The position numbers and the translations under genes were made by a program. A DNA stretch of 64,000 nucleotides from Chloroflexota bacterium (GTDB lineage Bacteria; Chloroflexota; Anaerolineae; Anaerolineales; UBA11579): positions 100,683-164,682 of the forward strand of contig JACPVG010000003.1 of the NCBI GenBank assembly GCA_016191875.1. Direction: 5' to 3'. A model generated the notes under the pieces. The model was not told the DNA's origin and ran no database searches. It saw only the letters and a list, made by a program, of their open reading frames with translations. Of the stretch, positions 26,457 to 34,059 are shown piece after piece. The stretch's first letter is position 1; each line of letters begins with the position of its first letter.

Positions 26457-26525
26457 GCGGAAGGAAATGAAGTGCACACCAGGAAGTTTGTTACAGATTC
26501 ACATGCCACGCGGTACACTTCCCCC

Positions 26526-27149
26526 ATGTTCATCACTCTCGAAGGCCCGGATGGCAGCGGTAAGACCAGCCAGATGCAACCGCTGGCCGAAGCCATCCGC
26601 GCCGCCGGTTACGACCTCGTCGTCACCCGCGAACCCGGCGGCACCCCCATCGGCGACGAAGTGCGCCAGGTGATCATGGACCTTAACCACAAGGGCCAGA
26701 TGCACCCCACCACCGAGATCCTGCTCTTCCAGGCGTCGCGCGCCCAACTCGTCAATGAGGTCATCCGCCCGGCGCTGGCGGCCGGGGTGGTGGTGCTGTG
26801 CGACCGCTACGCCGATTCGACCCTTGCCTACCAGGGCTACGGCCACCAGACCGATCTGGCAACGCTGCGCCGCATTGTGGAGTTCGCCACCGGCGGCCTG
26901 ACGCCCGACCTCACCCTGCTGCTGGATATCGACGTCGAGGCCGGTCTGCGCCGCCGCGCCGAGGACGGCGGGCAGTGGAACCGCATGGACGCCTACCAGC
27001 TGGAATTCCACCGCCGGGTGCGGGCCGGCTACCACGAACTGGCCGCCCAGGAACCGGCCCGCTGGGTGACCGTGGACGCCGACCGCGACCCGGCCGCCAT
27101 CCAGGCCGACTTGCAGCGCATCGTGCTGGAAAGACTGCAAGGCAGATAA
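26526..27149 (+). CDS. tmk: Thymidylate kinase
   Basis: Starts MFITLEGPDGSGKTSQ (P-loop). DRYADST. TACACT (26514-19) lies 6 nt upstream and there is no SD. Confidence 0.9.
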   Translation: MFITLEGPDGSGKTSQMQPLAEAIRAAGYDLVVTREPGGTPIGDEVRQVIMDLNHKGQMHPTTEILLFQASRAQLVNEVIRPALAAGVVVLCDRYADSTLAYQGYGHQTDLATLRRIVEFATGGLTPDLTLLLDIDVEAGLRRRAEDGGQWNRMDAYQLEFHRRVRAGYHELAAQEPARWVTVDADRDPAAIQADLQRIVLERLQGR

Positions 27150-27272
27150 TCAGTAGTTCGTAATTGGTCCGTTGAAGAAAACCGGCATTCTGACCTCACG
27201 ACCACGAGACTTCAAGACTTCAGCACTTCAGCACATCCGTAAGACCCCCTCTCCCAAAGACATCTAGTTCTC

Positions 27273-28358
27273 ATGTCCGTCACCGGCCTGCACCACATCA
27301 CCATCGGCTGCAACGACGCCCAGCGCACGATTGACTTCTACTGCAACGTCCTCGGCCTGCGCTTCACCAAGAAGACCGTCAACTTCGACGACCCCGGCGC
27401 CTACCACCTCTACTTTGGCGACCTCACCGGCCGCCCCGGCACGGCCATCACCTTCTTCGAGTGGCCCACCGCCCGGCCGGGCGTGCGCGGCATTGGCGGC
27501 ACGCACCACCTGGCCCTGCGCGTGGCCGACTACGATGGCCTGCTGAAATGGAAACGCCGCCTGACCGACCTCGGCCTCCAGGTCGAAGGCCCGCTCGACC
27601 GGCACTACTTCACCAGCATCTACTTCAACGACCCGGACGGGTTGATTCTGGAGATCGCCACCGACGGCCCCGGTTTCACCCGCGATGAACCCGCCGGGTC
27701 GCTCGGTACGGAACACCGCCCGCCGCCCGCCGAGATGGTGGTGAACAATCGCGACGAGGAACGCATCGCCGCGCTGACCTGGCCGGACCCTGTCCCCACC
27801 ATCACCGCCGATATGGCGCTTTTGCAGGGCATGCACCACGTCACCGCCATCGGCTCGGACATCCACGCCACCGACGCCTTCTACACCGGCCTGCTCGGCC
27901 TGCGGCGCATCAAGATGACCGACAACTTCGACGACCCCGACTCGGCGCACTGGTATTGGGGCGTGGGGGAGGGCGAGCCCGGTACGCTCATCACCTACTT
28001 TGAACGCAACCCGGCCACCGAGCCGCGCGCCCGCCACGGCGCCGGCCAGACCCACCACGTGGCCTTCAGCGTGCCGGATGAAGAAACCCAACTGGCATTC
28101 CGCGAAAAACTTGTCCGCGCCGGGCTGAACGTCTCGCCTGTCATGGACCGCATCTATTTCAAGAGCATCTATACCAGTGACCCGGACGGGCACATCATCG
28201 AACTGGCGACCGCCGGGCCGGGCTTTCTGGTGGATGAGACGGTGGAAGAACTGGGGCGGAACCTGCGCCTGCCGCCCTGGTACGAGCAACACCGCGCCGA
28301 GATCGAGGGCATTTTGCGGCCGGTGACCGTGCCAGAGTGGAAGCCGCCACCTGGTTAA
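27273..28358 (+). CDS. VOC-family ring-cleaving dioxygenase (glyoxalase/bleomycin resistance fold, duplicated)
   Basis: 361 aa. Repeated GLHHIT / GMHHVTA ... HHLA / HHVAF modules. DPDGLILEIAT and DPDGHIIELAT. Confidence 0.8.
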   Translation: MSVTGLHHITIGCNDAQRTIDFYCNVLGLRFTKKTVNFDDPGAYHLYFGDLTGRPGTAITFFEWPTARPGVRGIGGTHHLALRVADYDGLLKWKRRLTDLGLQVEGPLDRHYFTSIYFNDPDGLILEIATDGPGFTRDEPAGSLGTEHRPPPAEMVVNNRDEERIAALTWPDPVPTITADMALLQGMHHVTAIGSDIHATDAFYTGLLGLRRIKMTDNFDDPDSAHWYWGVGEGEPGTLITYFERNPATEPRARHGAGQTHHVAFSVPDEETQLAFREKLVRAGLNVSPVMDRIYFKSIYTSDPDGHIIELATAGPGFLVDETVEELGRNLRLPPWYEQHRAEIEGILRPVTVPEWKPPPG

Positions 28359-28450
28359 ATCCTCTCTGGGGCAAATCTGCACCACCGCCAACGGCGACGG
28401 CGCCTTCGCGCTGGGCGGCAGTTAACAAGTAATTGGAGCGAGATTCTCTG

Positions 28451-28485
28451 GTAGGGGCGCAGCATGCTGCGCCCCTGCTTTTTTC
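28451..28485 (+). terminator. REP-like hairpin (GTAGGGGCG family) acting as a terminator
   Basis: GTAGGGGCGCAGCATGCTGCGCCCCTGC followed by TTTTTTC. An identical 28-mer lies at 39924-39951. Confidence 0.6.
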
Positions 28486-29547
28486 TTAAAGGTTGAATCG
28501 CACGTGCAAAATATCCCCATCCTGCACAATGTAATCCTTGCCTTCGAGGCGCAACTTCCCCGCGTTGCGCGCCTCCGCCATGCCGCCCAGCGCGCTCAGA
28601 TCGGTGTAGGCCGCCACTTCGGCGCGGATGAAGCCCTTCTGCAGGTCGGTGTGGATGACGCCCGCCGCCTCTGGCGCGGCCGCCCCGGCCCGCACCGTCC
28701 AGGCGCGCACCTCGTCTTCCCCAACCGTGAAGAACGAGAGCAGGCCCATCAGGTCATACGACTCGCGGATCATGCGGTTCAGGCTCGGCTCGCTGATGCC
28801 GTATTCCTGCATGAACACCGCCGCGTCCTCGGGCGGCAGTTGGGCGATATCCATCTCCAGTTTTCCCTGTAAGGCCAGCGCCCGCGCGTGCAGCGTGGCA
28901 CCGGATACATCCGGCGCCGCCTGGCCCTCGCCCAGGTTCAGCACCACCAGCATCGGCTTGAGCGTGAGGAATTGGAAACCCGCCAGCGCCTTGCGCTCCT
29001 CGGCGGTCAGGTCGAGCGCCCGCAGCGGTTTGTCGTCGGATAGGCAGGCGTGCAGCCGCTCGAACAAAACCTGCTCGCGCTCGATCTCGGCCTTGTCGCG
29101 CCCGCCCTTGCCGCGCTCTTCCTTCAGCTTCTGGATCTTCGTCTCGATGGCGATCAGGTCCACCAGCAGCAGTTCGCCGTCCATCCCCTGGATGTCGCGG
29201 GCGGCGTCCACGCTGCCGCTGCGGTGCGCCACATTGTCGTCAGCAAAGCCGCGCACAACATGGATGAAGCCGTCCATCTGGCCCAGTTCGTTGCGCAGCG
29301 GCCCGGCGATGTCGCCCTGGCCGCCACCTTCCAGCCCGGCGATGTCGGCGTAGGTCACTTTGGCGTAGGTGGTCTTCTTCGGGTTGTACATCTTCGAGAG
29401 CACAGCCACGCGCGGGTCGGGCACATCCACCACGGCGGTGTGCACTTCCATCTTGCCGCTCATCGTGGTCGGCACGTTGCCGCGGGTGAGCGCATTGAAG
29501 ATGGTGGTCTTGCCGGATTGCGGGAGTCCGATGATTCCGAGTTTCAT
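28486..29547 (-). CDS. ychF: Redox-regulated ATPase YchF (Obg-family)
   Basis: MKLGIIGLPQSGKTTIFNALT. C-terminal TGS-like GFIRAEV...GKDYIVQDGDILHVRFN. Confidence 0.9.
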   Translation of the reverse strand: MKLGIIGLPQSGKTTIFNALTRGNVPTTMSGKMEVHTAVVDVPDPRVAVLSKMYNPKKTTYAKVTYADIAGLEGGGQGDIAGPLRNELGQMDGFIHVVRGFADDNVAHRSGSVDAARDIQGMDGELLLVDLIAIETKIQKLKEERGKGGRDKAEIEREQVLFERLHACLSDDKPLRALDLTAEERKALAGFQFLTLKPMLVVLNLGEGQAAPDVSGATLHARALALQGKLEMDIAQLPPEDAAVFMQEYGISEPSLNRMIRESYDLMGLLSFFTVGEDEVRAWTVRAGAAAPEAAGVIHTDLQKGFIRAEVAAYTDLSALGGMAEARNAGKLRLEGKDYIVQDGDILHVRFNL

Positions 29548-29598
29548 GAGTCCTCTGTTTAATTTTTATCGAATGGGTGAGATACCCTTAAGATTTGA

Positions 29599-29811
29599 TG
29601 TCATTCTGAACGACTGAGCGAAGCGAAGGAGTGAAGAATCTCGCGACACGCAAGTTGTTTGCAGGCATGTTTGTGCGGATTCAGTCCGCCTGAACGCGTC
29701 AGAGTGCCCGCCCATCAAGATGACGAGACCACAGCAGGTTTTCGCGACATTCTTCGGTCGGGTTGAAGGCAGTCTTTTCGCCAGGACCTCTTACCCTCCC
29801 TCAGAATGACA
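29599..29811. repeat. Nested inverted-repeat element (MITE-like or structured RNA) in the ychF/MFS spacer
   Basis: Outer pair TGTCATTCTGA (29599-609) / TCAGAATGACA (29801-811). Inner pair 29633-46 / 29742-55 (13 of 14 bp). Central hairpin GCGGA-TTCAG-TCCGC. Confidence 0.45.
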
Positions 29812-29872
29812 ATACGGGCGGGGAGAGTGGTTCGAGCATCTCTTTGCATGCGATTCATACCATCCATGTTGT

Positions 29873-31126
29873 TTAGTCGCCCACGGCGAACTGTGGGGTG
29901 CGCTGGCCGCGCCGCCAGAGCAGAACGGCGGTCAGCGGGATGAGCGTGAACAGCGCGCCGAGCAGGTTGAGGAACGCGAAGCCCCACGCCGCAAAGGCCA
30001 GCCCGCTCAGGTACGAGGCCGCCGCCGCCGCAAGCCCCAGGAACACGTCGTTGAAGCCCTGGGCGCGGGCGCGCTCGGCGGGCGTAAGCTGGTCGGCCAG
30101 CAGGGCCGAACCGCCCACGAAGCAGAAGTTCCAGCCCAGGCCGAGCAGGAACAGCGCCACGGAGAGCAGCGGCGTGCCGGTGGAAACCGGCGCCAGCCCG
30201 AAGGACGCCAGCAGGATGAGGCAGCCCATCAGGATGACCGGGAACCGCCCCCAGCGGTCGGACAGGCGGCCGGAAAGCACCGAAAAGGCGAACATGCCCA
30301 ATGTGTGGGCCGAGAACACCAGCGAGATGGCGCTCAGTTCATGGTCGTTGTGGCGCATGTACAGCGACGTGATGCCCATCACGCCGATCATTACCATCTG
30401 CGAGAGCGACATGGCCAGGATGGCAGTTACCACAGCCGGTTGGCGCAGCAGTTCGGGCAGCGGGCGGGCCGCGCCCTGCGGCTGTTCCGCCTTCGGCAGA
30501 GCCGCGGCCAGTTGCATCGCCACCGTGAGCGGCTCCGGGCGCAGGCCCAGCCACACCACGGCCATCCCCAGCAGGTAGAGCGCCACGCCGGCCGCGAACG
30601 GCCCGGCCAGTTCCGGCAGGCCGGCGGCCAGCGCCCAGCCACTGGAGGGGTCCACCAGCAGCGGCCCGGCCACCGCGCCCACCGTGCCGCCCAGCACCAC
30701 GTAGGAGATGGCCCGGCCGCGCTGCTCCGGCGGGCTGACCTCGGCAGCGATGAAGCGGCTCAACTGCGAGGCGGCGCGCGCCGCCCCCAACCCCACCATC
30801 GCCGCCAGCAGCAGGCCGAAGTTGTGCGCTTGCACCGCCGCCAGCGCCACCCAGGCGCCCAGCACGCCGAACGCCAGGCCAAGCGTCAGGCCCCGGCGGC
30901 GGCCGGCCCGGTCCCACAGCAGGCCGAGCAGATAGGCGGCCGGGGCCGAAGCCAGGTTGTTGATGGCGTTGGGGATACCCGCCAGCGCCTCGCTGCCGCC
31001 CAGGTCGGCGGCGACAATGGTGAGCACGGTGGCGATGGCGATCAGCCCGGCCGAGGTCAGCGACTGGGAGGCGAACAGCGTGACGGCGATGCGAATCTGT
31101 ATCTTGCGCAGGTTGTAGTTTTCCAT
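29873..31126 (-). CDS. MFS transporter
   Basis: 12 TM. GLLWDRAGRRRG (motif A-like). ATG 31126 preferred, TTG 31153 possible. Confidence 0.85.
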   Translation of the reverse strand: MENYNLRKIQIRIAVTLFASQSLTSAGLIAIATVLTIVAADLGGSEALAGIPNAINNLASAPAAYLLGLLWDRAGRRRGLTLGLAFGVLGAWVALAAVQAHNFGLLLAAMVGLGAARAASQLSRFIAAEVSPPEQRGRAISYVVLGGTVGAVAGPLLVDPSSGWALAAGLPELAGPFAAGVALYLLGMAVVWLGLRPEPLTVAMQLAAALPKAEQPQGAARPLPELLRQPAVVTAILAMSLSQMVMIGVMGITSLYMRHNDHELSAISLVFSAHTLGMFAFSVLSGRLSDRWGRFPVILMGCLILLASFGLAPVSTGTPLLSVALFLLGLGWNFCFVGGSALLADQLTPAERARAQGFNDVFLGLAAAAASYLSGLAFAAWGFAFLNLLGALFTLIPLTAVLLWRRGQRTPQFAVGD

Positions 31127-31141
31127 GGTTCCTTGACGCCC

Positions 31142-31170
31142 TTGAAGGGCCAAAACATCCGGATTATACT
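31142..31170 (+). promoter_or_regulatory. Promoter of tRNA-Leu
   Basis: TTGAAG (31142-47), 17 nt, TATACT (31165-70). Lies 13 nt before the tRNA. Confidence 0.5.
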
Positions 31171-31183
31171 TGCCCAGCCATCG

Positions 31184-31269
31184 GCCGGAGTGGCGGAATT
31201 GGCAGACGCGCGCGACTCAAAATCGCGAGTCCTATGGACGTGTGGGTTCGATTCCCACCTCCGGCACCA
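31184..31269 (+). tRNA. tRNA-Leu (anticodon CAA), CCA encoded
   Basis: Acceptor GCCGGAG/CTCCGGC. Anticodon loop CTCAAAA. Long variable arm. T-arm GTGGGTTCGATTCCCAC. ACCA end. Confidence 0.9.
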
Positions 31270-31274
31270 CCACC

Positions 31275-31303
31275 GCTACGGTCACTGCTCAGGTGACCGT
31301 AGC
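31275..31303 (+). terminator. Hairpin after tRNA-Leu (weak U-tract)
   Basis: GCTACGGTCAC-TGCTCAG-GTGACCGTAGC. Confidence 0.4.
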
Positions 31304-31318
31304 GCTTATCCACTCCCG

Positions 31319-31993
31319 ATGAAGACTGAACGACCTGCCCGATTGGCGCTCTTGGGTGCGTTAGCAGTATTGGCTGTGGTGGTCTATATCTTCGACGTCG
31401 GCGGGCTGCGGGTGACGCTCAGCAACCGCTGGTACGAAGCCGCCCACCCGGATGTGATCGGTGGCCGCTGCTTGTGCTGCGAGGGGACGCTCGAATTCCC
31501 GCCCGATGAAGAATTGGGCCCTGTCGGTACACTCTTCGACTACTCGCAGGAAGACAGCCAGCGAATCGCGATCAGCGGAGTGGTCTACGCGCCAGGCGGC
31601 CTCAGCCCTGCTCCGGGGGTCATCCTGTATATCTTCCACGCTGACCGCACCGGCCGCTTTCCACAGTCCGGGAGCATCAGCGGCTGCGCGCAGGTACATG
31701 GCGCGCTGCGCGGCTGGCTGATGACGGACGAAAACGGCGAATACACCTTCCTCACCGCCCGCCCCGGCTCGGAGGGCGGCATGTATGCCCACATCCACCT
31801 GTATGTTAAGGAACCTGACAAGAACGCCTATGCCCTGGCGGAATACACCTTTGCGGACGACCCGCTGGCCTCCGGGGAAGAGGACATTCCCAGGGGCGGG
31901 TCGGGCGTGCTGGCCAACGGAGTCCTCGAGGATGGGGTGTTGCATTATCAGCGCGACATTATCCTCGGACTGAACATCCCAAACTATCCCTAA
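31319..31993 (+). CDS. Intradiol ring-cleavage dioxygenase-like protein with an N-terminal TM/signal anchor
   Basis: ATG 31319. ISGVVYAPGG..APGVILYIFHADRTGRF and YAHIHLYV resemble the protocatechuate dioxygenase fold. The rest of the 562-aa ORF is an artefact. Confidence 0.6.
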   Translation: MKTERPARLALLGALAVLAVVVYIFDVGGLRVTLSNRWYEAAHPDVIGGRCLCCEGTLEFPPDEELGPVGTLFDYSQEDSQRIAISGVVYAPGGLSPAPGVILYIFHADRTGRFPQSGSISGCAQVHGALRGWLMTDENGEYTFLTARPGSEGGMYAHIHLYVKEPDKNAYALAEYTFADDPLASGEEDIPRGGSGVLANGVLEDGVLHYQRDIILGLNIPNYP

Positions 31994-32012
31994 GGTCGGC
32001 CAGCCGCCCCCC

Positions 32013-32846
32013 TCACGGCAGCGCCCAGTAGGCCAGGTCGTCGTAATAGACCGTGAACTCCGGGCTTTCGGCCGCCGCCACCAGCAGGCCGAACTTGCCG
32101 CCGGTGGGGAACGTGGCGTCGCTGTAGGTGCCCAGGTGCACGCCGTTGGCGTACACGCCGATGTTGGTCCCATCCACCTTCACCCCCACGCGGTTGAGCG
32201 CGCCGGGGCCTACGGCGATGGCCGGGTGGGGGTTCCAGTTAAGAATCGTGATGAAGGCCGCGCCATCCCAGGCCTGCAGGCGGTACTTGCCGTCGCACGA
32301 GAAGGCCAGCAGGTAGCCCCGGTTGGGGTCCGGGGCGCGGAAGAACAGGCCGTAGTGGTCCTGGCCGGCGCATTGCGGGCCGGTGCGGGCGTAGACCTCC
32401 AGGTAGAAGTCGTAGAGCGTGGGGCCGGCGGTGGTCCAATCCGGGTAGCCCAGCGGCTGGGTCATGGTCATCACGAACTGGCCGCCCTCGGCCTGGGCGC
32501 TGGAGCGGTCGGTGCGGTAGGTGTACCAGGTCGAACCGTCGGCGAAGGGGTCGCTCCAGTCCGGGTCGCCCAGCGTCAGGCGCGGGTCGGCCGGGTCCTG
32601 GGTGGGTGTGGGAGTGGGCGTTGCTGGCGCAACGCTTGGAGTTGGCGATGCCAACTCCACCGTAGGAGTGAGGGTGTGTGTGGGCAGCGCGGCGGTCTGG
32701 GTGGCGGCGTTGGCCGCCAGGGTGGATTGAACGATCCGGGCGGCGAGCGTCTCGGCCGCGCCCGGTTGCTCCCCGGATGCGCCGAAACCAGAGCAGGCGG
32801 AGAGAAGCCCGGCGGCCAGCAGGGTGAGGACCAGGGCGCGGCACAT
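32013..32846 (-). CDS. Hypothetical lipoprotein with a Pro/Thr linker and a beta-rich (ConA/LamG-like?) C-terminal domain
   Basis: Signal peptide with lipobox LLSAC. PTPTPT linker. The domain call is by eye only. Confidence 0.55.
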   Translation of the reverse strand: MCRALVLTLLAAGLLSACSGFGASGEQPGAAETLAARIVQSTLAANAATQTAALPTHTLTPTVELASPTPSVAPATPTPTPTQDPADPRLTLGDPDWSDPFADGSTWYTYRTDRSSAQAEGGQFVMTMTQPLGYPDWTTAGPTLYDFYLEVYARTGPQCAGQDHYGLFFRAPDPNRGYLLAFSCDGKYRLQAWDGAAFITILNWNPHPAIAVGPGALNRVGVKVDGTNIGVYANGVHLGTYSDATFPTGGKFGLLVAAAESPEFTVYYDDLAYWALP

Positions 32847-32849
32847 CGG

Positions 32850-33827
32850 TCAGACGGCCTGCGGCGCGCCCTGGAGGATGTCGTCAAGCAGGGCGGTGAA
32901 GTCTTCCGGGCGGACGGCGGTGAGCAGGCGCGTGCGCAGTTCGTTGCTCAGCAGATAGGGACTGATGTATTGCTTGGCGTGCTTGCGAAACAGCACCAGG
33001 CCGTGCTCCGGGCCATAGAAGGCCAGCATGGCGGCCAGGTGTTCGAGCATGACGCGGCGCACCTCTTCGCCGGGCACCTCGGCGCGCTCCAGCCCGGCGA
33101 AGATCCACGGGTTGCCGATCGCGGCCCGGCCGACCATCACGCCGTCGCAACCGGTGTGTTCGCGCAGGCGGCCGATATCGTCCGGGGTGCGCACGTCGCC
33201 GTTGCCGATAACGGGGATGCGCACGGCGGCTTTGACCTCGGCGATGGCGTCCCAATCAGCGCGGCCCCCGTAGGCCTGGGCTTTGGTGCGGCCGTGCACG
33301 GCCACCAGCGCCGCGCCGTTATCTTCCAGGATGCGGGCGACTTCGACGTGGTTGCGGCTGGCGTCGTCCCACCCCAGGCGGATCTTGCCGGTGACGGGGA
33401 GTTCCAGCCGGGCGGTGAGGGTCTTGAAGATGGCGGCGATGCGGGCGGGCGTTTGCAGCAGGCCGGCCCCCGCCCCGCGGGCGGTGATGTTGCGCGCCGA
33501 GCAGCCCATGTTGACGTCGAGGATATCGGGGCCGAGGTCGCGCAGGCGCAGGGCGGCTTCCAACATGCGGGCCGGGTCGTCGTCGAAGATCTGGAAGACG
33601 ACGGGCCGTTCCGATGGTTCGTAGGTGAGCCTGCGACCAACATCATGGCGGTCGGTGAGCACATCGATGCAGGAGACGAACTCGGTGTAGGACATGGCCG
33701 AGCCGAGGCGGCGGCACAGGCCGCGGAACGGCAGGTCGGAGAAGCCGTCCATGGGCGAGAGCAGGGCGCGGCCGGTTACCGGCACGCTGCCGATGTGAAA
33801 CGATGGCGTGTTCGTGGCGCTCAGCAT
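32850..33827 (-). CDS. dus: tRNA-dihydrouridine synthase
   Basis: Starts MLSATNTPSF. SPMDGFSDLPFR, DVNMGC, VTGKIRLGW, VHGRT and NGDV. Start chosen at the internal ATG. Confidence 0.85.
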   Translation of the reverse strand: MLSATNTPSFHIGSVPVTGRALLSPMDGFSDLPFRGLCRRLGSAMSYTEFVSCIDVLTDRHDVGRRLTYEPSERPVVFQIFDDDPARMLEAALRLRDLGPDILDVNMGCSARNITARGAGAGLLQTPARIAAIFKTLTARLELPVTGKIRLGWDDASRNHVEVARILEDNGAALVAVHGRTKAQAYGGRADWDAIAEVKAAVRIPVIGNGDVRTPDDIGRLREHTGCDGVMVGRAAIGNPWIFAGLERAEVPGEEVRRVMLEHLAAMLAFYGPEHGLVLFRKHAKQYISPYLLSNELRTRLLTAVRPEDFTALLDDILQGAPQAV

Positions 33828-34059
33828 GGCGGCGGAATCATAACATAAGGGAGGGGTGTCCCAAGTGTTGAGGGGTGGAGTGGGAAAGCTGTTCATCCCA
33901 AACAGATACGGATAGACAAAAGGCGGCTCACGCGAAGCCGCCAAGGCTCAAATGAATACTATCGCTGACTAGGTGAATGGCTCTAGAGCAAAGCCAAGCA
34001 GCGATCCTAAATCAACAATCAGGAATTACCTCTCTCCTTTGCTCCCCGCTGCCTGCTCC

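Noticed and set aside
30305-31318. N-terminal 338 codons of the 562-aa ORF 30305-31993
   Set aside because: It runs antisense through the MFS gene and straight across tRNA-Leu. Only the last 224 codons, from ATG 31319, look like a real protein.
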